DNA from: Cyanobacteria bacterium J007
Lineage (GTDB): Bacteria > Cyanobacteriota > Cyanobacteriia > Cyanobacteriales > Laspinemataceae
Reading direction: 5' to 3'
Length of the DNA: 64,000 bases
Assembly: GCA_003695985.1 (NCBI GenBank)
Contig: RFFV01000139.1
Location: forward strand, 8,669 to 72,668
Below, in pieces: positions 11,272-20,490 of the stretch (the first letter of the stretch is position 1; each line of letters opens with the position of its first letter). The notes beneath the pieces were generated by a model. It was not told the origin of the DNA. It did no database searches and saw nothing but the letters and a program-made list of their open reading frames with translations. Made by a program: the position numbers and the translations under genes.

Positions 11272-12357
11272 ATGAGCGTCGGGTACTTCACATTGGCTCT
11301 TTACTCCCCCTTACCCATGTCCCTCGATCTCCTCGCCCAATCGATCGCCCGTCTCCAACACCTCGCCTCTGAGGACGAACGCCCCTTGTTGACCTTCGAG
11401 ACGATCGCCCTCCCGTTGCAATGGCTCGAAATTCTGCTCGATGTTTGGGCACAACTCTATCCACCCGAGGTTTTGCAACAGTTGGACGCGACCGAACCGG
11501 AAACCTTGGAAGCGTGGGCGATCGCCCTCACTCGCGCCTTAGACGCCCAACTGCAATGGCTCGATCGCACGGGCGCGACCCTCGATCGCCTCTCGTTATT
11601 AGACGCCCTCCAAACCAAAATCGGCGATCGCGCCCGCCAATTACAACAGTTGCGCGCGCAACACAGCGAATTGCTGACAAAAACGGGCGAATTTTCGGCG
11701 ATCGATGGCGACATGCGCGACGCGATCGCCGAATTAGAGCAACTGCAACACGAAGCAGAGCAATTCGACCGACTGCGTGGGGAGTTGGAACGCACCGATC
11801 TCGATGGCTTGCGCGCGTCGATCGCCCGCGATCGCGCCGTCTTGGCACCGCAACAGGCGCAATTGAGCGAACTGGAGCGCGAAAAAGCGGATCTCGACGG
11901 TCAAATCGAGCAGTTACGGCGTCAGCAGTCCCAACTCGGTGAAGAAATCGAATTATTGCGCGGACGGCGCGATCGCCTGCAATTGCGAACTGAAGAAACA
12001 GCGAAAGCGGCGATCGCGGACTACGCCCGACAGCGCGATCGCCTCGGCGACAGCTTACAACAGCTCTTAGACGAACTCGACTCCCAACGCCGGGAGTACG
12101 ATCGGGTGCGCGGCGAGTTGGATCGGGCGATCGCCGAGTCGAACGAGTATCAAACGGCGATTCGACAGGGGCGCAACGCCCTCGAAACCCACTATCGCAC
12201 CGATGTCGAACTCGGGCGCCGTCTGCCGACCAATGGGTCGGCGATCGCCCGTCTGGTCGGGGCGATCGAGGAAAATTTAGCCGCCTTAGACCGGGAACTC
12301 GCCCGGGCGCAACAGGAGAATGAAGCGACCCGGGTCAAGCAAATTTTTACGTTTTAA
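11272..12357 (+). CDS. Coiled-coil protein, Q/L/R/E-rich, partner of the Hsp70-like ATPase.
   Basis: 361 aa, 61 bp downstream of the Hsp70-like gene on the same strand. Long heptad-like runs (QLQQLRAQHSELL..., LERTDLDGLRASIARDR..., LDGQIEQLRRQQSQLGEEIELLRGRRDRLQLR). Confidence 0.6.
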   Translation: MSVGYFTLALYSPLPMSLDLLAQSIARLQHLASEDERPLLTFETIALPLQWLEILLDVWAQLYPPEVLQQLDATEPETLEAWAIALTRALDAQLQWLDRTGATLDRLSLLDALQTKIGDRARQLQQLRAQHSELLTKTGEFSAIDGDMRDAIAELEQLQHEAEQFDRLRGELERTDLDGLRASIARDRAVLAPQQAQLSELEREKADLDGQIEQLRRQQSQLGEEIELLRGRRDRLQLRTEETAKAAIADYARQRDRLGDSLQQLLDELDSQRREYDRVRGELDRAIAESNEYQTAIRQGRNALETHYRTDVELGRRLPTNGSAIARLVGAIEENLAALDRELARAQQENEATRVKQIFTF

Positions 12358-12991
12358 GGGGTAATCCCCGGCCCGTTTTGGCGAAGTCTTCGACGGTTTT
12401 ATCGGAAAACTCGTGCTGGGCGATCGCCGCTAACATCGGCAACGGTAAGGTCAAGTGGTCGGCGCCTGCTTGTAAGGCGGCGGCAGCTTCTTCGGGAGAC
12501 TTGATACTGGCGGCTAAGATTTCAACCCCACTATCTTCGAGGATCGCGGCCATCTCGCGCACGAGGGCGATCCCGTCGCCTAAAAGCCTCGTGGCGCGGT
12601 TGACGTAGGCGATCGCGATTTTGGCTCCGGCTTCCCGGGCGATCGCCGCTTGGATCGGTCCGTAAATCCCGGTCACCGAACAGGTCATCTCTTTTGAAAG
12701 AATGGCGACGGCTTCAAATCCGGTCGGCGTGGCGGGAATTTTGAGGACGGTGCGATCGCCGATAATCTCGTAAGCTCGGCGTCCTTCGGCGACCATTCCA
12801 GGAACGTCGCCAGCTAGCAATTGATAGTAAAGCGGACCGTCGGCGAACGGGAGTAAGTTTTTCAAGGTCATTTCTGGCGGATCGTCGCTTTGCGCCAGTA
12901 AGGTCGGGTTGGTGGTGATTCCTTTGACCCAGCCGAGTTTTTGGGCAGCTTTGGCATCGGCAACGATCGCCGAATCGAGATAAATGGCCAT
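12347..12991 (-). CDS. Transaldolase-family protein (fructose-6-phosphate aldolase / short transaldolase type).
   Basis: 214 aa beginning MAIYLDSAIVADAKAAQKLGWVKGITTNPTLL...; its size and N-terminal motif match FSA/TalC. It converges on the coiled-coil gene and overlaps its end by 11 nt. Confidence 0.75.
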   Translation of the reverse strand: MAIYLDSAIVADAKAAQKLGWVKGITTNPTLLAQSDDPPEMTLKNLLPFADGPLYYQLLAGDVPGMVAEGRRAYEIIGDRTVLKIPATPTGFEAVAILSKEMTCSVTGIYGPIQAAIAREAGAKIAIAYVNRATRLLGDGIALVREMAAILEDSGVEILAASIKSPEEAAAALQAGADHLTLPLPMLAAIAQHEFSDKTVEDFAKTGRGLPLKT

Positions 12992-13100
12992 AATTTACGG
13001 GGAAAATACAGGAAAAAAGATACAAAAAGGATCGCGGGCGGTTGAATTGCCGTTGCGCGATCGCGAAAAGTTTCGTCTCTCAGTTGCTCGTTCCCCGGTT

Positions 13101-13679
13101 TTACTCGGGAAAAATCTTGGTTAAAGAGAGCAAAGAATCGGGAAATCCAGGGAGAGGAATGGCTTCGTTGATGAAGGGAATTCGTTTGGTTCGATAGCCG
13201 AATTTTCCGGGGCTGAGTTCGTCGGGTTCGCTGTAAATTTCTAAATATTTATCGTTTAAATTGAAAATCCAATAATCTGAAATTCCCGCTCGGGCATAAA
13301 GGGGTTGTTTGATGGCGCGATCGTATTCGAGAGAGAGTTCGTCCGCAATTTCGATCGCTAGTAAAACTTCACTGGCTTGGGGTAACCGGGCCCGATAGTA
13401 ATCGTCGGCATAGGCTAAAATCGCGAAGTCCGGTTGCACTTCGGTATTCTCGTTGAGAACGATCGCCTCTTGGGTTTGCACGAGGGCGCGTTGGGCGACA
13501 AACACGGGCAAGTCTTCTAATAAAGCACGCAAACAAGCAGCGTGGTCTTGGCCGATCGGAGCCATCTGCACCAGGGTTCCTTCTACGAGTTCGACGGCTT
13601 CGTCTTCTTTGAAAAAGCCGCGATCGGCCAGGTTGTGATATTCGTCGATACTCAAGATTTGTGGTTGAGAATTGGTCAT
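13101..13679 (-). CDS. Uma2-family (DUF820) putative restriction-endonuclease-like protein.
   Basis: The QILSIDEYHNLADRGFF...ELVEGTLVQMAPIGQDHA... pattern is typical of the many cyanobacterial Uma2 paralogues. Start chosen at the internal ATG at 13679; the ORF extends to 13715. Confidence 0.75.
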   Translation of the reverse strand: MTNSQPQILSIDEYHNLADRGFFKEDEAVELVEGTLVQMAPIGQDHAACLRALLEDLPVFVAQRALVQTQEAIVLNENTEVQPDFAILAYADDYYRARLPQASEVLLAIEIADELSLEYDRAIKQPLYARAGISDYWIFNLNDKYLEIYSEPDELSPGKFGYRTKRIPFINEAIPLPGFPDSLLSLTKIFPE

Positions 13680-14622
13680 CGCTGCTGTGTGTTTTTTGGC
13701 CGTTTCAATCAACAAAGGATTTGTCGATTATTTTAATATAAAAGCTTGAAAATTCCCGAAGTTTCAGTCTCCCTGCAAGCTTTGTGGACGTCCTTCAAGA
13801 TCGCGTCTGGCGGCTTGGAATGACGGGCTAATTCGTCGAGGGTGGCGTTCTCGTAGGGTCTCTAAAGGAGAATCGCTGACTCTCGATGAGCGGCTTTGCC
13901 AAAGGGATGTCAGTCCGGTTCGCTAGCGAGTAATTCCTCGCCGATCGTTGAAATTTTCCACGGGGATCGGTGAAATTTCCCGTCGTTTTCCAGGGCGATC
14001 TTCACTTGTGAGAGCAAACCCAGCCCGGGCGCCCTTGAAGCCCTTGGCACCCACTCCCAGTTTAGCCGATCTCTCCGTCGATTCACGAAGGGTTTGCAGG
14101 GAATGTTGGGCGATCGCCCCCGATGGTTTGACCCCTTTTTTACCCGAGTAGACGATCGATTCGTGATTTTTAAGGATCGAATCGCAAGTCAACTCGTAGA
14201 ACGGTTGATGACCTTGGCTCGATGTTTTTGGCGGGGGCAATTTTTACAATAGAATCCGATAGAAACCGATCCCGATCCAAGCCGATCGATTATTTGAGGA
14301 GGATGACATGCAAATGACGAGTTCGCCCCATTATCGCAACGAGATCGAACCCCTCGTCGCTGCCGAAGTCGAACGGTCATCGAGCGCTTGACCGTTACAA
14401 CTTGGCCTTTAGATCGACCCGAATCGGGCGATCGCCTACGCCCTCAATCCCTTGTCTCCCCTTGACTCCACCTGCATTTGAGGCTGGAACTTACAGCAGC
14501 AACGAGCCCTGACCGAACTCGATTCCCCAGTCGAACGAGCCGTCCGAGGGGCGTTCGCCGCCGTTTGCTCCGATCCGTTGCGAACGACTAATGTTTGTCA
14601 CCAATACGATTAAAATTAAGAT

Positions 14623-14672
14623 GTCCTCCCCTGCCTGCCTCTCGAAGGGCAGGACACCCAGATCGTTTTTTG
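14623..14672 (+). terminator. Intrinsic-terminator-like hairpin plus T-run in the 1-kb non-coding region upstream of the response regulator.
   Basis: GTCCTCCCCTGCC-TGCCTCTCGAAG-GGCAGGACACCC … TCGTTTTTTGGG. Confidence 0.5.
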
Positions 14673-14744
14673 GGCTAACAAGGGTATGTTTAAATTAGCA
14701 ATCGGCTAACCGACCGGAGGACTCTTTTCACCCCAGAACCAGGA

Positions 14745-15128
14745 ATGATGCAGATGAGTACCGTTCTGATTGTAGACGACAGCGCAACCGCTAGAGAAAT
14801 GGTTGCCGGACTTCTCAAAAAAATTGGCCTCGACGTGATCGAGGCCCGCGATGGTGTGGAAGCTCAAGAAAAATTGCAAGGGAAACTTCCCGATCTCGTT
14901 GTCATGGACATTATCATGCCTCGCATGAACGGCTACGACCTCTGCCGATGGCTCAGACGCCAGCCCCAAGGTCAAAATATCCCGATTTTAATGTGTTCGA
15001 GTAAAAGTGAAGAATTCGATCGCTATTGGGGGATGAAACAAGGGGCTGATGCTTACATTACCAAGCCTTTTCATCCGTCCGATTTAGTGGGAACGGTCAA
15101 ACAGTTACTCAATACCAACGCGGGTTAA
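14745..15128 (+). CDS. Single-domain CheY-like response regulator.
   Basis: 127 aa with LIVDDS, the phospho-acceptor D in DLVVMDIIMPRMNG, and the conserved K in YITKPF. Confidence 0.85.
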   Translation: MMQMSTVLIVDDSATAREMVAGLLKKIGLDVIEARDGVEAQEKLQGKLPDLVVMDIIMPRMNGYDLCRWLRRQPQGQNIPILMCSSKSEEFDRYWGMKQGADAYITKPFHPSDLVGTVKQLLNTNAG

Positions 15129-15342
15129 TTGACCCCCTCGGATTGACATCATTTCTCAATCTTGATGCCCTCAAATGCGATTGTTCGCGTTCCTCCACGT
15201 TTGAGGGCGACTCCAAGGGCGACTGGGGCTTTAAAAAGCGCTGCTTGGGGAATGGGGAAGCCGCAGGATCTTCGCGATTCTCCTAGCCCTTTCGGGGCGG
15301 CTACGCCTACTGAGACGCTACGCGATCGCACCCTTGGGGAGT

Positions 15343-16233
15343 CTACAATCGAAAGTCACGCACGCTTTGCCAGTAGGAAAGAGGAACCCCCGTATCGAAA
15401 CATTCTCCTTGCAAACAACAGCCATACATTCCTTCCAACTGACGCAACTGTTCTAAGGCTGTCGTGAGTTGGATTTCGCCGCGATCGCGCCGTCCGTCTC
15501 GGATGTTTTGTTCGAGAATCTCGAAGATTTTGGGCGTTAACAAATACAGCCCAAAAACGGTTAAAAAATCGTTCTCCGCCAATCCTTCGACCCGCAGATG
15601 CGATCGCGCGTAATTCAAATCCGGCTTTTCGGCTACTTCGCTTAAGTTTATCAGCCCTGTTTCCGGCTGCCAAGTCCCCGCGACACAGCCGCAATGATAC
15701 AGCTCCTCGGCGGGAGTGACGGTCACCCCGATCGCACTTTTTCCGACTCGTTCGTAGACTTCAACCAGTTGACGCGCGCAAGAGATTTCCCGCGTCGAAC
15801 GATAAATATGGTCGCCTAACATTAATAAAAAAGGTTCTGTGCCAACCCAATCTTTAGCGCAATAAACGGCGTGACCGAAGCCGTCTTGTACGGGTTGAGT
15901 CAATATATTAATCCGTTTGCCGACGGTTTCTAAATAACGGACGTATTCTTTTTGATGGGGTTTTATTTTATTATCAAAGGCTTCGGAAAGGGGCGTTTTA
16001 AAAAAGTCTTCAAATTGGGCGCGATCGCTCTCGCGGGTGACGATCGCGATCTGTTCGATTCCGCCACTGATGGCTTCTTCGGCGATCGCTAATATAATCG
16101 GTTTGGCGATCCCGTCGCGATCGACGATCGGAAATAATTCTTTGGCGATCGCTTTGGTCGCCGGAAACAGTCGGGTTCCAAATCCACCCGCCGGAATGAC
16201 AGCTTTACGAACTTTTGATTTGACTTCGGTCAT
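15343..16233 (-). CDS. galU: UTP-glucose-1-phosphate uridylyltransferase.
   Basis: 296 aa with KAVIPAGGFGTRLFPATKAIAKELFPI and VAEKP motifs, as in GalU. Confidence 0.75.
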   Translation of the reverse strand: MTEVKSKVRKAVIPAGGFGTRLFPATKAIAKELFPIVDRDGIAKPIILAIAEEAISGGIEQIAIVTRESDRAQFEDFFKTPLSEAFDNKIKPHQKEYVRYLETVGKRINILTQPVQDGFGHAVYCAKDWVGTEPFLLMLGDHIYRSTREISCARQLVEVYERVGKSAIGVTVTPAEELYHCGCVAGTWQPETGLINLSEVAEKPDLNYARSHLRVEGLAENDFLTVFGLYLLTPKIFEILEQNIRDGRRDRGEIQLTTALEQLRQLEGMYGCCLQGECFDTGVPLSYWQSVRDFRL

Positions 16234-16352
16234 TTCGATCGAATTACGATTAGCAAAAGGGGGCAGTTTTTGCCGTTCTCGGCGATCGCCTTCACTCAGT
16301 CAATTTTGATTGATTTTAAGGGTGGCGGCGATCGGCGAGGTTCTTAACCCTC

Positions 16353-16462
16353 TACAGCAATTCGCGCTGTCATGAGGTACAAGAGGCAAAGATCCCCCCA
16401 ACCCCCCTTTAAAAAGGGGGGCAGTGAAAGTCCCCCTTTTTAAGGGGGATTTAGGGGGATCG
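16353..16462. repeat. Structured ~110-bp repeat (MITE/REP-like), copy A.
   Basis: TACAGCAATTCGCGCTGTCATGAGGTACAAGAGGCAAAGATCCCCCCAACCCCCCTTTAAAAAGGGGGGCAGTGAAAGTCCCCCTTTTTAAGGGGGATTTAGGGGGATCG, located in the galU/EamA divergent spacer. A near-identical inverted copy lies at 27788..27896. Confidence 0.8.
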
Positions 16463-16567
16463 AAATGTACTGCCGAACAGCGAAAACTGCTCTATGCTCT
16501 TTTCCTGACAGCGATTTAGTTTTATCTGTGGTAAATTCCCCCTAGATTTTACCCCAGAAGATCCCCA

Positions 16568-17506
16568 ATGACTGTCAAACATACTCTGGACTCTCCTGTA
16601 AAACATCCCCTGGCGTGGCAGCTCAATCTGACGATCGCGGTTGGGGTTTTAGCGGTCTCCACTGCCGCCATTTTTATCCGCTTGACCCTGGAAGCTGCGG
16701 GAACCCGAGGGATTGGCTTTAGTTTGGTGATGGCCGCCACTCGCCTCACAATTGCCTCACTTTTGTTGGCTCCCGCGTGGCGCAACTTCAAACCCGCGCG
16801 TCTCGAAAAAGTGACGATCGCCCAAGCTGCCCTCGCTGGCGTGTTTTTAGCGCTCCATTTCGCCGGGTGGATCGCGTCGCTTTCTTATACTTCGATCGCC
16901 GCTTCGACGACGATCGTCACCATGAATCCGATTTGGGTTTCCTTGCTGTCTTGGTGGATTTACAAAGACAAACCCACGAAAATGACGGTCACCGGAATCG
17001 CGATCGCCTTAATGGGGGGAATGGCGATCGGATTGGGAGATAGTGGCGGGTTGTACGGCGGAAGTAACCCAATTTTGGGAGATCTGCTCGCGTTGTTAGG
17101 ATCTTGGACGATTAGTATCTATTTATTGCTGGCGAAGTCGGTGCAAAGTCGGGGGATGGGAATTGGTCCGTACAGCGCGATCGTTTGTACTTGTGCGGCG
17201 CTGGTTTTACTCCCGATGCCGTTTGTTTTTCAAACTTCATATTTCGGCTATCCCACGGAAGTTTATTTTTATATTCTTCTGATGGCTTTGATTCCTCAAA
17301 TGATCGGTCATACGAGCTTAAATTGGGCCGTTCGTTGGACGTCGCCGACTTTGGTGGCGTTGGCGGTTTTATTTGAACCCGTTGCATCGAGTTTTTTGGG
17401 CTTTCTCGTTTTTAATGAAGTTCCCGGGATCTCGGTTTTAATTGGAGCGATCGTTTTGTTATTTGGAGTGGCGATCGCCGCGATCGGGTCGCGTCCCCAG
17501 GGATAG
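16568..17506 (+). CDS. EamA/DMT-family transporter.
   Basis: 312 aa, about 10 TM helices, with the duplicated EamA-like architecture. Confidence 0.75.
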   Translation: MTVKHTLDSPVKHPLAWQLNLTIAVGVLAVSTAAIFIRLTLEAAGTRGIGFSLVMAATRLTIASLLLAPAWRNFKPARLEKVTIAQAALAGVFLALHFAGWIASLSYTSIAASTTIVTMNPIWVSLLSWWIYKDKPTKMTVTGIAIALMGGMAIGLGDSGGLYGGSNPILGDLLALLGSWTISIYLLLAKSVQSRGMGIGPYSAIVCTCAALVLLPMPFVFQTSYFGYPTEVYFYILLMALIPQMIGHTSLNWAVRWTSPTLVALAVLFEPVASSFLGFLVFNEVPGISVLIGAIVLLFGVAIAAIGSRPQG

Positions 17507-17535
17507 AGATATACAAAAAGCCCCTTATTTATATT

Positions 17536-20409
17536 TTACTCGGGAGAACATAAGTCCATGATGTGAGGCGGCGAACTGGCACCGGACGATCGCGCCGCCG
17601 TCAGCAAGATTTGGCCGTCGGCAGTGCGATCGAAGCCGCGCGCCTCGATTAAAGGATCCGAAGGGCGATCGCGGGATGAGTTGGCCGCCGAGGGCGTCTC
17701 CCGGGTCTCCCAGATGGGTTCGACCAACTCCACCGACACCCCGTCGCGGCTGAGGGGTTGACCGGGATTGACGGGTAAGCCGCCGCGTCCGCGAATGGCG
17801 AAGCTACTTTCGGCGAGTTGTTCGGGATTGCAGGGGCTGCGCGCGATCGCCGCATCCGGGTCGGCGACCTCGACTTCGGGCAGATTGGCGGGTTCGATAT
17901 CGATATCGCCGTCAATATTTAACTGCCCTCGGGCATTGATAATACTGTCGGGAGAGAGTAGAACTAATAACTCGTCTCCTCGGATGGCGCTAATGGCGAT
18001 ATTGCTGCCTCCTTGAGGGTCCGTGGCGCTGGTGACGATCTGGCTGGCTTCGAGCAATACCAGGGTTTCGGCGGCGATCGTGATATTGCCTTCCTGCGTA
18101 ATATTCCCGGTTTGACTGCCTGCGGCGACAATTTCGCTGCGATTGCGTAAGAGAATATCGGGCGATCGCAGGTCAATATTACCCCCTTTTCCGATCGCCG
18201 ATGACGCTTGCAAGGCGCCGCGATCGAGTTGCACGTCCGACGCCGCAATCTCAATATTGCCTGGGGTTCCCGTCCCTTCCCCGTTGACGCCGATCCGGGA
18301 TCCGTCGGCCACCTGGAGGCGGTCCGTGGCGATCGCGATGCCCCCGCCATTGCCCGATCCGAGGGTGCGCGCGTCAATTTGAGCATTCCCGACGATTTCG
18401 ACGCTTTCCGTCGCCTCTAAGCGCAAACGGCCCGCATTCCCTTCCCCAGAGGTTCCCAAGAGCACGATCGCCCCGTCGCCCACCCTCAAGCGGGGAGTGG
18501 CGATCGTCACGTTCCCCGCATTCCCCGCCCCGTCGGTATCGGCGGTGATTAAGGTCGGCAAACTGCCATCCGGCGAGGTCCCTCTAAACTCGATCGCCTC
18601 CGACGCCTCCAACAACATCAACCCGCCGACCCCGTCCACCGAGGTACTCGTCCCGATTTCGCCGCCATCGCGCACGATCAAACGGCGGGTTCTCACGGTC
18701 ACGTCCCCGGCGTCTCCCGACCCGAACCCTTTCGTCGTCAGCAAACTGCGTTCCCCGTCCGCACTGACTCCGGCAATATCTACTAACTCGGCCCCCTCGA
18801 TCTCCAGTCTGCCGCCCTTTCCCGTCCCGTTGCTGGCGGCTTCGATTTGGGCGCCGTCGCTCAAACTGAGTAGGGGGGTGACGATCTCGATTTCCCCCGC
18901 CTCGCCACTGCTGTAAGCGGTCGCCTCGATTTGGGTCGATGTTCCGGTTTGGGGGTCGGTTCCGCTCAACTGCACCGATTCTGAGGCGCGGATGGTCAAG
19001 TTTCCTCCCCGTCCCGGGCCGAAGGTTCGAACGCGCACTTGGGCGCCGTCGCGCATCGTCAGGCGCCGGGTGGTAATATCGACATTGCTGGCGTTACCGA
19101 CTCCGAGGGTGGAAGCGTCGAGGATGCTGGCGAATTGGCCATTTATGGGAATGCCGCTTAATTCTACCGATTCTGAGGTGGCGATCGCGATCGTTCCCGC
19201 TTCGCCGTCGCTGACGGTTCCCACGGTAATCCAGCCGCCGTCCAACACGTTTAATTGGGTCCCACGCACTTCGACGCTACCCGCATCGCCATTGCCGAAG
19301 GCGCCGGATCCGACGATCGTGCGAGAGGTGCCATCTCTGGAAATCCCGCTAATTTCGACGACTTCCGACGCTTCTAGGGCGATTTCGCCCCCATCTTCCT
19401 CGCCGAGACTGTCGGAACGAATTTCCGATCCTCCGGTAATGGTGAGATTGCGCCCGTGTACGCGGACGCCGCCATCGCCGCCCAACCCGGTGAATAAGCC
19501 GGATTCGTTGGTGATGGAGATATCTTGAAATGAGGATAAGGGGGAGGTTTCTTCAAACCCGAATTCTCCTCGTTCTCCCGTCGTTCTCAGTTGTCCGTTG
19601 CGACCGGACCACAACTCGATTCGACCTTGGGGGGCTTTTAATAAGGCCCCGTCTAAGACAATCGGACCGCCAACGAGGGCTAAGGTGCGATCGGGTCGAA
19701 CCCCCAACCCGTCCTCGCGGGCGAGAATGCTCAGTTGAAAGGCGATTTCTTGGCGCGCCGTTTCGATGTTCTGGGTCGCCGTTTCGGTTCCGTCGAAATC
19801 TGAGGTGGCAAAACCGCGCCCGAGTCCGATTCCGTTGATGGCGATCGCCCCGGGATTGTCGCCCAATTGCAAGCCGACGGGAACGCTAACGGTGAGCAGG
19901 GTGTCGGTTTGAGGGGCGATCGCGCTAAAATGGCTGCCGTCGTCGAATAAGACCGCTTCCGCACTGGTTGCAACAAAGGAACCGCCTACATTTAAGGAAG
20001 CATTCGGTCCGAAAACGATGCCGTTGGGGTTGATTAAGAAGAGGTTGGCGCCGCCGTTGGCTTGGAGGAGACCGTCGATGTTACTCAGGTCGCTTCCGGT
20101 CACCCGCGAAAAGATATTTTCGATCGTCCGGGGGTTGTCGAAGGTGGCGGTTGTTCCGGTAGGGATCGAGAAGCTTTCAAAACTGTGGAATAAATTGCGC
20201 GATCGCGCCGTTCCTCCGGTAATCTGAATTGTATTTCCTTCGACGGTGACCGTGGAGCGATCGGGTAAGGTCGCATCGGGTACGATTTGAGCGATCGCCT
20301 GTCGTTCGATCGTACCCGAAGAGAACAGGGAACAGGCGATCGTTGCGAACAAAACCGTTCTCTGCAGACCCGTAGAGGTTCGCCGTCGTGTTGTTGTAGC
20401 TTTATTCAT
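17536..20409 (-). CDS. Filamentous-haemagglutinin-type exoprotein with an N-terminal TPS (haemagglutination activity) secretion domain and a beta-helical repeat body.
   Basis: 957 aa. Signal peptide, then TVEGNTIQITGGTARSRNLFHSFESFSIPTGTTATF, which is the TPS NPNG/NLFHSF region. After that come Gly/Ser/Thr-rich repeats. Confidence 0.85.
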   Translation of the reverse strand: MNKATTTRRRTSTGLQRTVLFATIACSLFSSGTIERQAIAQIVPDATLPDRSTVTVEGNTIQITGGTARSRNLFHSFESFSIPTGTTATFDNPRTIENIFSRVTGSDLSNIDGLLQANGGANLFLINPNGIVFGPNASLNVGGSFVATSAEAVLFDDGSHFSAIAPQTDTLLTVSVPVGLQLGDNPGAIAINGIGLGRGFATSDFDGTETATQNIETARQEIAFQLSILAREDGLGVRPDRTLALVGGPIVLDGALLKAPQGRIELWSGRNGQLRTTGERGEFGFEETSPLSSFQDISITNESGLFTGLGGDGGVRVHGRNLTITGGSEIRSDSLGEEDGGEIALEASEVVEISGISRDGTSRTIVGSGAFGNGDAGSVEVRGTQLNVLDGGWITVGTVSDGEAGTIAIATSESVELSGIPINGQFASILDASTLGVGNASNVDITTRRLTMRDGAQVRVRTFGPGRGGNLTIRASESVQLSGTDPQTGTSTQIEATAYSSGEAGEIEIVTPLLSLSDGAQIEAASNGTGKGGRLEIEGAELVDIAGVSADGERSLLTTKGFGSGDAGDVTVRTRRLIVRDGGEIGTSTSVDGVGGLMLLEASEAIEFRGTSPDGSLPTLITADTDGAGNAGNVTIATPRLRVGDGAIVLLGTSGEGNAGRLRLEATESVEIVGNAQIDARTLGSGNGGGIAIATDRLQVADGSRIGVNGEGTGTPGNIEIAASDVQLDRGALQASSAIGKGGNIDLRSPDILLRNRSEIVAAGSQTGNITQEGNITIAAETLVLLEASQIVTSATDPQGGSNIAISAIRGDELLVLLSPDSIINARGQLNIDGDIDIEPANLPEVEVADPDAAIARSPCNPEQLAESSFAIRGRGGLPVNPGQPLSRDGVSVELVEPIWETRETPSAANSSRDRPSDPLIEARGFDRTADGQILLTAARSSGASSPPHIMDLCSPE

Positions 20410-20490
20410 AGGCGATCGTCGTGAATTCGTACAACACCCGACTCCGAACCGTTGACGAGGGAAGTGGCGCGACTGTTGGCGCCGACTTCG

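Noticed and set aside
17649-19976. ORFs overlapping the hemagglutinin-like gene (for example 18497..18916 and 18992..19528 on the plus strand).
   Set aside because: They are low-complexity Pro/Ser/Arg-rich translations of the repeat-rich beta-helix coding DNA on the wrong strand or frame.
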